This document shows positions 29,187 through 42,121 of a stretch of 64,000 nucleotides of DNA, piece after piece (the first letter of the stretch is position 1; each line of letters opens with the position of its first letter). Position numbers and translations under genes: made by a program. Source of the DNA: Octopus vulgaris (lineage: Eukaryota); NCBI GenBank assembly GCA_951406725.2, contig OX597843.1, forward strand, positions 3,968,001-4,032,000, given 5' to 3'. The notes beneath the pieces are model-generated. The model did not search any database. It had not been told where the DNA came from and saw only the letters and a program-made list of their open reading frames with translations.

Positions 29187-29250
29187 GTTGCACTGATGAA
29201 CATGAAATGCATATTCTGCATTAAATGCGAAATCACATGTGATATGTAAC
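29187..29250 (+). ncRNA. Type-I hammerhead ribozyme fold with canonical core
   Basis: GUUGCA-CUGAUGA-ACAU..AAUGCA(UAUUC)UGCAUU..AUGC-GAAA-UCACAUGUGA-UA-UGUAAC: 6-bp stem I, palindromic stem III, AUA triplet. First stem II pair is an A-C mismatch. Confidence 0.7.
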
Positions 29251-29384
29251 TGAATTCTTTTTTAAAATGATGTGTTTTGAAGTTTTGCATTCGGTAAAAT
29301 TTTGTTTATTTTTAGTAGTTTTGACCGCATTGGTCCCTCTTAGCGTGTTGGTATCTACGAATAGTAGTACCCTCAATATAATAT

Positions 29385-29461
<77 letters not shown>

Positions 29462-30223
29462 ACGCACACTCACAAACATGCAGATGTATACACACACGTG
29501 CACAAACACACGCATATATATTTATATATACCCGCTTATAAATAGCTTTTATGACGTCAGCAATACGTAAATCTATTTATCTATATATACATATATTCTT
29601 TTAGATGTATTGCATTAAGATTTCAATTAATAAGTATATTTAAATTCCTTCTTATGACGTCAAAGATATTTATTTATAGTTCGCAGGAGACACCCTCACG
29701 CGCTCGCCCCTCACATAGTCGCACGCACACTCACAAACACACATACACTCACATACACACACACACACAGCGAAGAATGATGCTTTGACAATCAAATAAA
29801 GTAGGTCGTCATTTTCAAGCAGTCAGACTGGTTTCTATGGCTTTATACATAGACACAGAAAGACATACAGTGAAGATTTCTGGGAGATATCCTGAACTTA
29901 CACCGTCATAGATTAGATCGACACGCTTCGGTGGATGCATCGACGATTCAATTAACACACCAACTCAACCACATATTTGCAAATACCTGGAAACCTCTGA
30001 ACTCTATAACCCTCGTTGGTTTCTTCGTAACCGGCTTGACCTCCCTCAAAAAGAATTTGAACGAAACTCAAGCAAAGTCATGCATACATACATTCGCCCC
30101 TTTCTTTGTAAAAGGGTTTTTCAATCGAATATTTCCATGCGACTTTTTATTGCTTTGTATATGCTACGAGGTACACACCACGTACGTATGTATGTGTGTA
30201 TTATGAGCTGTGTGTGTGTGTGT

Positions 30224-30562
30224 GAAGGTGCACGGTTCAATGGTTAGAGCGTCGAGCTTACGATCGTGAGGTTGTGAGTTCGATTCCCGGACCGGGCTGC
30301 GTGTTGTGTTCTTGAGCAAGACACTTTATTTCACGTTGCTCCAGTTCACTCAGCTGTAGAAATGATTTGCAACATCACAGGTGCCAAGCTGTATCGGCCC
30401 CTTTGCCTTTCCCTTGGATAACATCAGTGGTGTGGAGAGATGAGGCCGGTATGCACAGGCGACTGCTGGTCTTCCACATAAAACAACCTTGCCCGACTTG
30501 TGCTTCAGAGGGTAACTTTCTAGGTGCAATCCCACGGTCATTCATGACCGAAGGGGGTTTCC
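30224..30562 (+). mobile_element. tRNA-derived SINE family 3
   Basis: Head ...caatggttagagcgtc...gagttcgattccc (B box), then cttgagcaagacacttt...cactcagctgta central-domain-like motif. Confidence 0.75.
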
Positions 30563-30572
30563 CCCACCTCCT

Positions 30573-30648
<76 letters not shown>

Positions 30649-30669
30649 AAAGAGACCAAAGTGTACGTA

Positions 30670-30838
<169 letters not shown>

Positions 30839-30872
30839 AAATAGATAGATAGATAGACTCGGCGGAATTTGA

Positions 30873-31037
30873 ACGTTCTGAGTTCAAATTCCGCCGAGGT
30901 CAACTTTGCCTTTCATCTTTTCGGGGTCGATAAATTAAGTACCAGTTACGCACTGGGGTCGATGTAATCGACTTAATTCGTTTGTCTGTCCTTGTTTGTC
31001 CCCTCTGTGTTTAGCCCCTTGTGGGTAGTAAAGAAAC
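30873..31037 (+). mobile_element. SINE family 4 body+tail monomer inside (GATA)n
   Basis: Reverse complement of the units at 41123-41501 and 58657-59429. Confidence 0.85.
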
Positions 31038-31041
31038 AGAT

Positions 31042-31113
<72 letters not shown>

Positions 31114-31533
31114 ATAGACAGTTAGGCAGGCAGACGTGCAGGCAGACACACATAGGCACACGCACCATGTGCACGCACTCATACACTGAGTAGAGATAGA
31201 CTTACAGGCACACACACCAGGATATCTTGCCATTTTCTTTCCTGCTGTCATCCACTGATTGTTTACTTAGAAATAGGTTTAATGTCCTGGGTTTGAAACA
31301 AAAAAGACAACCAGCACAGAACTGTTGATCATACAACACAATAATAAAATGTGTCAAGTTGTCGACCTCTTTTCTCGACGTTAAAGCATTTCCTGACGCC
31401 TGGATCAGAAGAGGCCATCCCCACATCCATTAGCTTCGACACACATACACTCACACGCACGTACACATACATACATACACACATATACACACGCATATTC
31501 ATATACGCACACACATACATACAAACATACATA

Positions 31534-31952
31534 GGCGCAGGAGTGGCTGTGTGGTAAGTAGCTTGCTAACCAACCACATGGTTCCGGGTTCAGTCCCACT
31601 GCGTGGCATCTTGGGCAAGTGTCTTCTGCTATAGCCTCGGGCCGACCAAAGCCTTGTGAGTGGATTTGGTAGACAGAAACTGAAAGAAGCCTGTCGTATA
31701 TATGTATATATATATATATGTGTGTGTGTGTATATGTTTGTGTGTCTGTGTTTGTCCCCCCTAGCATTGCTTGACAACCGATGCTGGTGTGTTTACGTCA
31801 CCGTCACTTAGCGGTTCGGCAAAAAGAGACCGATAGAATAAGTACTGGGCTTACAAAGAATAAGTCCCGGGGTCGAGTTGCTCGATTAAAGGCGGTGCTC
31901 CAGCATGGCCGCAGTCAAATGACTGAAACAAGTAAAAGAGTAAAAGAGAGAG
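31534..31952 (+). mobile_element. tRNA-derived SINE family 1, full length with internal TA/TG microsatellite (other + copies: 33932-34333, 45168-45592, 49268-49682, 52581-53036 compound, 41893-42095 3' half)
   Basis: A box TGGCTGTGTGG, B box GGTTCAGTCC, CORE-like cttgggcaagt, tail ccagcatggccgcagtcaaatgactgaaacaag(taaaagag)n. Confidence 0.9.
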
Positions 31953-31986
31953 TATACATAAAAACAGACAGACAGACAGACAACTA

Positions 31987-32775
31987 TTGGGTTGTCCGGA
32001 AAGTTCTTGCCGATTTCTAAAGGAAAGAAAAAGGTCAATAAATACTTGCCATTACATTTTTTAATCAACCAAATATGAACCCTTTTGTTGCACAATGCGT
32101 CTCCATCTTTCCTTTAACCTGAAAATACCCTCTTTCCAGAATTGAGGTTGTTTCATGGCAAAGAATTCATCAAGATATCTTTTTACGTCATCCAAAGAAT
32201 TGAAATTTTTACCATTAAGACTATTCTGCAGAGACCTGAATAAGGGGAAATCCGAAGGAGCAATATCTGGTGAATATGGAGGCTGGGGTAACACATCCCA
32301 GCCGAGCTGCAGCAATTTTTGTCTGGTTTCCAAAGCATCAAGTGCCGAAAATGAACTTTCTTATCTTCCATTTTAAAGGGTTACGGAATTAACACAGGTT
32401 ATAGGAACATAAACCTTCTTCCACGAAATGATAGCTTAAACTGTGCTCTGCAGAGACCTGAATAAGTGGAAATCCGAAGGAGCAATATCTGGTGAATATG
32501 GAGGCTGGGGCAACACATCCCGGCCGAGCAGCAGCAATTTTTGTCCGGTTCCCAAAGCATCAAGTGCCGAAAATTAATTTTCTTATCTTCCATTTTAAAG
32601 TGTTACAAAATTAACACAGATTATAGGAACATAAACCTTCTTCCACGAAAAGATAGCTTAAACTGTGCTCTAAATAGAAGTGTAGTCAAAACCTATTTTA
32701 TGGACTCAACCATGTTCTAGAATAAGTCGAAAGGTAAGCTACTACAAATCGGCACGAACTTTCCGGACAACCCAA
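31987..32775 (-). mobile_element. Internally deleted mariner (DD34D) transposon with both TIRs and TA TSD
   Basis: TIRs ttgggttgtccggaaagttc(t/g)tgccgattt flanked by TA. N-terminal MEDKKVHFRHLMLW is joined to C-terminal ...LGWDVLPQPPYSPDIAPSDFPLF...WRRIVQQKGSY (32061-32333). ~220-bp internal duplication. Confidence 0.93.
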
Positions 32776-32867
32776 TATATGCATGAGAATACATACATAA
32801 AACATACAAATCTGCACATACATACATACATACATACATACATACATACATACATACATACATACAT

Positions 32868-33073
32868 GTAGAGGCCCAGTGCTTAGGGCAGCGGGCTTGC
32901 GATCGTAGGGTCGCGGTTTCGATTCCCAGACCGGGCGTTGTGAGTGTTTATTGAGCGAAAACACCTAAAGAACCACGAGGCTATAGCAGAAGACACTTGC
33001 CGAAGGTGCCACGCAGTGGGACTGAACCCGGAACCATGTGGTTGGTAAGCAAGCTACTTACCACACAGCCACT

Positions 33074-33117
<44 letters not shown>

Positions 33118-33283
33118 TACGACGCGTTTCTTTCAGTTTCCGTCTACCAAATCCACTCACAAGGCTTTGGTCGGCCCGAGGCTATAGCAGAAGACACTTG
33201 CCCAAGGTGCCACGCAGTGGGATTGAACCCGGAACCATGTGGTTGGTAAGCAAGCTACTTACCACACAGCCACTCCTGCGCCT
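32868..33283. mobile_element. Nested SINE fragments: family 2 head (+, 32868-32980) joined to two family 1 heads (-)
   Basis: Matches the full copies elsewhere in the window. Confidence 0.8.
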
Positions 33284-34349
33284 GTATATATGTACGTATG
33301 TATGTATGTATGTATGTAAACTAGAGTGACCATCTTCCGCCCCTCCGTACGACACACAGACAAAACCCTTCATCCACAGATTACATGCTCCTCACATCCT
33401 TCTTTCATTTTCCACCCACATTTTTCCAACATCTTCAGCCATGACCACCACCACCAACACGACTGTCTCTTACTTAAATTACTTATAAAGAGCACTTAAC
33501 CTAATCCACAGTTTCCGTCCTTTCTAACAATATCCTTCTCCGTGGAGTACCCCACCTCCACGTTTCTCCTTCTACTTCTTCTTCTTCAGTTCTCATTCTC
33601 CTTCTTCTTTAGTTCTTCAAAATTCCTATTCTGTTTTTCACACATTCCTTTGTGTAGGTTGAACTATGTAAAATGCTGGAGAAAGAAATATGGCCGTTTC
33701 TCGCAGCACATACCAAAGTTTTTTTCAGGAGCCCTTAAAACATTACTGTGGGTACTCAATTTACCATTTTTTTGCGTGGGTCTCCAAAAATCTTATATGG
33801 TCCCTCAGAGGACATGTAGACTCTTGCTGAGAACTACTGCATTAGACAGAGAAAAACCTGTTGGGAATGTGGGCGGTAGATGTCAGCACAATCTGGTGAT
33901 TTCATAGATTGTTGGTTTCCCAGAAGATCTGGGAGTGGCTGTGTGATAAGCAGCTTGCTTACGAACCACATGTTTCCGGGTTCAGTCCCACGCGTGGCTC
34001 CTTGGGCAAGTGTCTTCTGCTATAGCCTCGTGCCGACCAAAGACTTGTGAGTGGATTTGGTAGACGGAAACTGAAAGAAGCCCGTCGTAAATATGTATAT
34101 GTATGTATGTGTGTGTGTGTGTGTGTTTGTCGCCCCCCCACCAACATCGCTTGACAACCGATGCTGGTGTGTTTACGTCCCCGTAACTTAGCGGTTCGGC
34201 AAAAGGAGACCGATAGAATAAGTACTAGGCTTACAAAGAATAAGTCCTGGGGGTTGATTTGCTCGACTAAAAGGCGGTGCTCCAGCATGGCCCGCAGTCA
34301 AATGACTGAAACAAGTAAAAGAGTAAAATAGTAAATGTTACACAATGTG

Positions 34350-34638
34350 TAATACACGGATTTTCAAGTCCGCCCTACATTATGGAGGTAATTTGAACCA
34401 TTTAATTTAAGTGTAGCCTCATCTCTCCAAGCAATATTTGAAAGCGTGACTCTTCTACACAGATACCATGCTAAGTATCACTTACCAAACTCCATTCTTC
34501 AGTTCCTCTCATATTCTTTGAGAGCATGGACTAGTCTTGGAGTGTAACTTTTCTACTGACAGGACTTCAAAACGTGATGCGTGCTTGGTTTTGGAATTTC
34601 CCATCTCATGGCTCCCTCGCTGCACGGATTTCTTGGGC

Positions 34639-34640
<2 letters not shown>
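34350..34640 (-). pseudogene. Decayed Tc1/mariner-superfamily transposase fragment
   Basis: Manual minus-strand translation with stops: ...[21 protein letters not shown]...RMEF...IAWRDEATLKLNGS..HN, resembling the W(S)DE first catalytic Asp region. Confidence 0.65.
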
Positions 34641-34697
<57 letters not shown>

Positions 34698-34756
34698 GTC
34701 TGTCTGTCTGTCTATTTCTCCCTTGCTCTCTATCTGTCTGTTTATCTATCTATCTG

Positions 34757-34819
<63 letters not shown>

Positions 34820-34824
34820 CTCTC

Positions 34825-34859
<35 letters not shown>

Positions 34860-34954
34860 GTCTGTCTATCTCTCCCTTGCTCTCTATCTGTCTGTCTATC
34901 TATCTATCTGTCCGTCTCTCTCTCTCTATCTATCTATATCTATCTATCTCTCCC

Positions 34955-35045
<91 letters not shown>

Positions 35046-35084
35046 GTCTATCTATTTATTTATCTATCTGTCTGTCCGTCTCTC

Positions 35085-35121
<37 letters not shown>

Positions 35122-35157
35122 TTATCTATCTGTCTGTCTGTCTATCTGTATCTCTAT
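34640..35157. repeat. Compound (TATC)n/(TC)n microsatellite
   Basis: Read directly. Confidence 0.97.
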
Positions 35158-35219
35158 AAACACACACACGCTTGCTCTAACTAAAAAGAGAATCTGGCTG
35201 GCTGATGAAACGGGATGAC

Positions 35220-38200
35220 TAGCATGGACAGCAAGGCTTACCAATGGAGAAATGGCATATTTCGGTCACATTATGAGGAGAAAATCCCTGGAGAAGGACA
35301 TCATGCTTGGAATGGTCAGTGGCAAGAGAGGAAGAGGCCGACCAAGAACCCGCTGGCTTGACACCATCAAGAGTGATACTGGAATGGACATAGCCAATCT
35401 GAAAGAAGCGGCCCAGGATAGAACTGACTGGAGGACACTGATCCAACGAGTGACCGAGAGTCGACTTCGACTGAGCGGATATATATATACATACAAAATG
35501 GTCAGTGGCAAGAGAGGAAGAGGCCGACCAAGAACCCGCTGGCTTGACACCATCAAGAGTGATACCGGAATGGACATAGCCAATCTGAAAGAAGCGACCC
35601 AGGATAGAACTGACTGGAGGACACTGATCCAACGAGTGACCGAGAGTCAACTTCGACTGAGCGGATATATATATATATATACATACAGAATGGTCAGTGG
35701 CAAGAGAGGAAAAGGCCGACCAAGAACCCGCTGGCTTGACACCATCAAGAGGGATACTGGAATGGACATAGCCAATCTGAAAGAAGCGGCCCAGGATAGA
35801 ACTGACTGGAGGACACTGATCCATCGAGTGACTGAGAGTCGACTTCGACTGAGCGGATATATATATACATACAGAATGGTCAGTGGCAAGAGAGGAAGAG
35901 GCCGACCAAGAACCCGCTGGCTTGACACCATCAAGAGTGATACTGGAATGGACATAGCCAATCTGAAAGAAGCGACCCAGGATAGAACTGACTGGAGGAC
36001 ACTGATCCAACGAGTGACCGAGAGTCGACTTCGACTGAGCGGATATATATATACATACAAAATGGTCAGTGGCAAGAGAGGAAGAGGCCGACCAAGAACC
36101 CGCTGGCTTGACACCATCAAGAGTGATACCGGAATGGACATAGCCAATCTGAAAGAAGCGACCCAGGATAGAACTGACTGGAGGACACTGATCCAACGAG
36201 TGACCGAGAGTCGACTTCGACTGAGCGGATATATATATATATATACATACAGAATGGTCAGTGGCAAGAGAGGAAAAGGCCGACCAAGAACCCGATGGCT
36301 TGACACCATCAAGAGGGATACTGGAATGGACATAGCCAATCTGAAAGAAGCAGCCCAGGATAGAACTGACTGGAGGACACTGATCCAACGAGTGACCGAG
36401 AGTCAACTTCGACTGAGCGGATATATATATATATATATATATACATACAGAATGGTCAGTGGCAATAGAGGAAAAGGCCGACCAAGAACCCGCTGGCTTG
36501 ACACCATCAAGAGGGATACTGGAATGGACATAGCCAATCTGAAATAAGCGGCCCAGGATAGAACTGACTGGAGGACACTGATCCATCGAGTGACCGAGAG
36601 TCGACTTCGACTGAGCGGATATATATATACATACAGAATGGTAAGTGGCAAGAGAGGAAGAGGCCGACCAAGAACCCGCTGGCTTGACACCATCAAGAGT
36701 GATACTAGAATGGACATAGCCAATCTGAAAGAAGCGACCCAGGATAGAACTGACTGGAGGACAATGATCCAACGAGTGACCGAGAGTCGACTTCGACTGA
36801 GCGGATATATATATACATACAAAATGGTCAGTGGCAAGAGAGGAAGAGGCCGACCAAGAACCCGCTGGCTTGACACCATCAAGAGTGATACCGGAATGGA
36901 CATAGCCAATCTGAAAGAAGCAGCCCAGGATAGAACTGACTAGAGGACACTGATCCAACGAGTAACCGAGAGTCAACTTCGACTGAGCGGATATATATAT
37001 ATATATATATATACAGAATGGTCAGTGGCAAGAGAGGAAAAGGCCGACCAAGAACCCGCTGGCTTGACACCATCAAGAGGGATACTGGAATGGACATAGC
37101 CAATCTGAAAGAAGCGGCCCAGGATAGAACTGACTGGAGGACACTGATCCATCGAGTGACCGAGAGTCGACTTCGACTGAGCGGATATATATATACATAC
37201 AGAATGGTAAGTGGCAAGAGAGGAAGAGGCCGACCAAGAACCCGCTGGCTTGACACCATCAAGAGTGATACTGGAATGGACATAGCCAATCTGAAAGAAG
37301 CGACCCAGGATAGAACTGACTGGAGGACACTGATCCAACGAGTGACCGAGAGTCGACTTCGACTGAGCGGATATATATATACATACAGAATGGTCAGTGG
37401 CAAGAGAGGAAGAGGCCGACCAAGAACCCGCTGGCTTGACACCATCAAGAGTGATACCGGAATGGACATAGCCAATCTGAAAGAAGCGGCCCAGGATAGA
37501 ACTGACTGGAGGACACTGATCCATTGAGTGACCGAGAGTCGACTTCGACTGAGCGGATATATATATACATACATACATGGTCAGTGGCAAGAGAGGAAGA
37601 GGCCGACCAAGAACCCGCTGGCTTGACACCATCAAGAGTGATACTGGAATGGACATAGCCAATCTGAAAGAAGCGGCCCAGGATAGAACTGACTGGAGGA
37701 CACTGATCCATCGAGTGACCGAGAGTCGACTTCGACTGAGCGGATACATATATATATATATATATATATATACGGAATGGTCAGTGGCAAGAGAGGAAGA
37801 GGCCGACCAAGAACCCGCTGGCTTGACACCATCAAGAGTGATACCGGAATGGACATGGCCAATCTGAAAGAAGCGGCCCAGGATAGAACTGACTGTAGGA
37901 CACTGATCCATCGAGTGACTGAGAGTCGACTTCGACTGAGCGGATATATATATACATACAGAATGGTCAGTGGCAAGAGAGGAAGAGGCCGACCAAGAAC
38001 CCGCTGGCTTGACACCATCAAGAGTGATACTGGAATGGACATAGCCAATCTGAAAGAAGCGGCTCAGGATAGAACTGACTGGAGGACACTGATCCAATGA
38101 GTGACCGAGAGTCGACTTCGACTGAGCGGATATATATATACATACAGAATGGTCAGTGGCAAGAGAGGAAGAGGCCGACCAAGAACCCGCTGGCTTGACA

Positions 38201-38505
38201 CCATCAAGAGTGATACTGGAATGGACATAGCCAATCTGAAAGAAGCAGCCCAGGATAGAACTGACTGGAGGACACTGATCCAACGAGTGACCGAGAGTCG
38301 ACTTCGACTGAGCGGATATATATATACATACAGAATGGTCAGTGGCAAGAGAGGAAGAGGCCGACCAAGAACCCGCTGGCTTGACACCATCAAGAGTGAT
38401 ACTGGAATGGACATAGCCAATCTGAAAGAAGCAGCCCAGGATAGAACTGACTGGAGGACACTGATCCAACGAGTGGCCGAGAGTCGACTTCGACTGAGCG
38501 GATAG
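35220..38505 (+). repeat. Tandem array of 17 ~186-bp units derived from an RTE (BovB-like) LINE 3' end
   Basis: YFGHIMRR.SLEKDIMLG..GKRGRGRPRTRWLD...AAQDR..WR is the RTE ORF C-terminus. Unit ATGs at 35312, 35498, 35690, 35876, 36062, 36254, 36452, 36638, 36824, 37018, 37204, 37390, 37577, 37777, 37963, 38149, 38335. Confidence 0.95.
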
Positions 38506-38676
38506 AGAGATAGATAGATAGACAGATAGATAGATAGATAGATAGATCGTCCGTGGAAACTTTTAGTCTCAGCCAATTAGCTTCATCTGATCGAGTTGAA
38601 CTGAATGTGCGAGTGCGTGCGTGTATGTACGTGAGTGAGTATGCCTGTGCATGTGGTTGTGTGTGTGTGTATGTAT

Positions 38677-38731
<55 letters not shown>

Positions 38732-39064
38732 GGAGCACGTATCATTCTGGTGCGTATTTGCCTGATAAAACATCTGTCCGTGCAAATTCAGTTCCGCTTG
38801 CAATGAGAAACCTCCCGGCTGCTAACAACGTGATCGGGATCATCGTCACCTCCCCCCACCCCGGCTACAAACCAGTATCTCCCCGCCCTCGCCACCACCA
38901 CCATCAACATCACCGACACCAGTGCCACTACCACAACCACCACGACGGGCTTCCTTTCAGTTTCCATCAACCAAATCCACTCACAAGGCTTCAATTCCAC
39001 ACGGCCATGCCATACAACATACAATTTTTTTTTCACACCGTTTGAAAATTCAACTTGCAACAAA

Positions 39065-39608
39065 CACCACAACCGCCGCCACCACCACCACCACCGCTAC
39101 CGCCATCACCACCACCGCCACCACCACCACCACCGCTACCGTCACCGCCACCACCACCACTGCTACCACCACCACTGCCACTACCATCACCACCACCACC
39201 ACGACCACCACCATCATCACAACCACCACCACTACCACCACCACCACCACCATCACCACCACTATTAGCAGCAGTAGTAGTTGTTGTGGTAGAAGCAGCA
39301 ACAGCTATGGTGGTAGTAGTGGTGGTGGTGGTGATGATGGTAGTGGCGGTGGTGGTGGTAGCAGTGGTGGTGGTAGTGGTGGTGGTGGTGGTGGTGGTGG
39401 TGGTGGTGGTGGTGATGGTGGTGGTGGTGATGGTGATGGTGGTGGTGGTACTGGTGGTGGTTGTGATGATGGTGGTGGCGGTGGTGGTGGTAGCAGTGGT
39501 GGTGGTAGTAGTGATGATGGTGGTGGCGGTGGTGGTGGTAGCAGTGGTGGTGGTGGTGGTGGTGGTGGTGGTGGTGGTGGTGGTGGTAGCAGTGGTGGTG
39601 GTGGTGGC
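39065..39608. repeat. Head-to-head (CAC)n then (GGT)n tracts forming an imperfect palindrome
   Basis: Strand polarity switches at ~39265-39305. Confidence 0.9.
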
Positions 39609-40004
39609 TATATTTGTTAGTTTTCCACCCTCGTCCCCTGCTTCGGCCCCTTTCCGTCTACCGGGTCTGTCGGGAGATTTGATACGGTGGAGAGACAGAG
39701 AAGGGGAGGATGGGATCATAAGGGGAGTGTATAAAGGGATGGAGAGAAGAGAGGGGAGGGTGAGTGAAGGGTGTGTTTTCGGCATTGGGGGGGAGCGGAG
39801 TTGACGGGAGAGCGGCGTGTGAGGCACGGGATCGGAGTGTGAAGCGTGTTAAGGGGTCATGTGTATGTGTGTGTGAGAGGGCGTGTGTGCGTGTATGTAT
39901 ATGTGTAGGGGTCCGTGAGGAAGGGGTGGAGATGGAGGCAGGTGTGAAAGGGGTGTGGAGAAAGAAGGCGGGAAGGAGAGGGTGGAATAGTAGAGTGAGG
40001 AGAG

Positions 40005-40860
40005 AAAGAAGGGGACAGAAAGGGAGAGAGAGAGAGAGAAAGATAGAGTGAGAGGGAGAAGGAGAGAGAGAGAAGAAGGAGAGAGAGAGGGAGAAGGGGA
40101 GAGAGAGAAGGAGAGAGAGAGATGAAGAAGGAGTGAGTGAGAGGGAGAAGGAGAGAGAGAGGGAGATGGAGAGAGAGGGAGAAGGGGAGAGAGAGAGGAG
40201 AAGGAGAGAGAGAGAGGGAGAAGGAGAGAGAGAGGGAGAAGGGGAGAGAGAGAGAGAGAAGGAGAGAGGGAGAAGGGGAGAGAGAGAGGGAGAAGGAGAG
40301 AGAGAGTCAAAAGGAGAGAGAGAGAGACGGAGGGAGGGTGGTTTAGTGGAGACGAGCGAAGAGAACGCGGGTGGGGGTAGGGTGGGTTTGAAGGATGATA
40401 CCGCCAGAGCTGTTGAAAGGAGAGAAGGAGGGGAGTGGAGGGCAGAGGTAATTTGAGACGGAGAGGAAGGGTCGGGAAAGGGAGAGAGAGGAGAGGGGTA
40501 GGGAAAGGATTAAGGGAGCGTTAGGACGGAGTTATTAGGTGCGAATTGAGAATTATGGGGTGCGAGGGTCAAGCGTTAAGGAGTATGTAATGAGGGGGTG
40601 GGTGGAGAGGCGAGGGGTGGAGAGGAAGGTGGTGTGATCGGGTGGGGGGAGTGAGAGGGAAGAGAGGTGGAGACGGAGAGTGAGTGAGAAGAGAAAGAGA
40701 TTGAGATGGAGAGAGAGAGAGAGAGAGGTGGAGACTGAGGTGGAGAGAGACTGAGATGGAGAGAGAGAGAGAGGTTGAGGTGGAGAGAGAGAGAGACTGA
40801 GGTGGAGAGAGACTGAGATGGAGAGAGAGAGAGAGAGATTGAGGTGGAGAGAGAGAGAGT
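40005..40860. repeat. Polypurine (GA)-rich low-complexity tracts
   Basis: Read directly. Confidence 0.9.
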
Positions 40861-41122
40861 GTGTGCAACGTTGGATGGTGAGGCTGGTAGTAATTGTCAA
40901 GTTTCTTGTGTTGTGAGTTCAAATCCTACCGCTGCTTGTTCCTTGAATAGACTTTTAACACCGTCACCTGGCCATTAGGTTTCTTTTGGAGTGCTTAACA
41001 TTACCACCTGGTCCGTGGATGTCATGTGTGGATTGTCTAAAGACAACCAGGCTCTTGGTTGTGTTTAGACAAGTTTAGCACCACCATCTAGTTCTTGGGT
41101 GGCTTGAGTAGAGTTTAATACC

Positions 41123-41501
41123 TATTTCTTTATTACCCACAAGGGGCTAAACACAGAGAGGACAAACAAGGACGAACGGATTAAGTCGATTATATCGACC
41201 CCGGTGCGTAACTGGCACTTATTTAATCGACCCCGAAAGGATGAAAGGCAAAGTCGACCTTGGCGGAATTTGAACTTACAACATAACGGCAGACGAAATA
41301 CCTATTTCTTTATTACCCACAAGGGGCTAAACACAGAGGGGACAAACAAGGACAGACAAACGGATTAAGTCGATTATATCGACCCCGGTGCGTAACTGGT
41401 ACTTATTTAATCGACCCCGAAATGATGAAAGGCAAAGTCAACCTCGGCGGAATTTGAACTCACAACGTAACGGCAGACGAAATACGGCTACGCATTTCTC
41501 C
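41123..41501 (-). mobile_element. SINE family 4 dimer flanked by a 15-bp TSD
   Basis: gtagagtttaatacc at 41108-41122 and 41502-41516; two ~180-bp units between them. Confidence 0.88.
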
Positions 41502-41710
41502 GTAGAGTTTAATACCATCGCCTGAGCCTTCGGTGGTATTTAACAAAATCACCAGGTCCTTGGTTGTTTTTCGTAGAGCTTACGAAGTCCTTAGGTTTCT
41601 TTCGTAGAGCTTACCATAACAACCTAGTCCTTGGGTGCTTTTAAACGAATTACAGCCTTATTTACATTATTTACATTCGACGGATATTTGTCCTCTTCTT
41701 GTTTGTTGTT

Positions 41711-41756
41711 AACACAACATTTCGGCTGATATACCCTCCAGCCTTCTTCAGGTGTC
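41711..41756 (-). ncRNA. Minimal type-I hammerhead fold within a Penelope-like remnant (~41660-41795)
   Basis: GACAC-CUGAAGA-A-GGCUG(GAGGGUAUAU)CAGCC-GAAA-UG-UU-GUGUU. U at 15.2 may be CpG decay from GAAACGUU. Confidence 0.65.
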
Positions 41757-42121
41757 TTGGGGAAATTTCGAATCTGGGTTCTCGTTCCTAAGGTCTTCTT
41801 CTTCTTCTTCTTCTTCTTCTTCTTCTTCTTCTTCTTCTTCTTCTTCTTCTTCTTCTTCTTCTTCTTCTCCTCCTTCTTCTTCTTCTGTTGCCTCCCCCCC
41901 AACATCACTTGACAACCGATGCTGGTGTGTTTACATCCCCGTCACTTAGCGGTTCGACAAAAGGAGACCGATAGAATAAGTACTAGGCTTACAAAGAATA
42001 AGTCCTGGGGGGGTCGATTTGCTCGACTTAAAAAGGCGGTGCTCTAGCATGGCCACCACAGTCAAATGACTGAAACAAGTAAAATAGTAAAAGAGTGACT
42101 AGTTTTTAAACCTGGAATGGT

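Noticed and set aside
29901-29986. Minus-strand exon candidate (tttccag...gtaagt)
   Set aside because: All three frames contain stops; cannot be supported as coding.
34480-34560. Strong minus-strand splice donor (ttg|gtaagtg)
   Set aside because: It lies within the decayed Tc1/mariner transposase fragment and upstream frames are closed.
35312-38505. CRISPR-like regular array
   Set aside because: Units are ~186 bp of RTE sequence with (TA)n linkers rather than short repeats with unique spacers; no cas genes; eukaryotic context.
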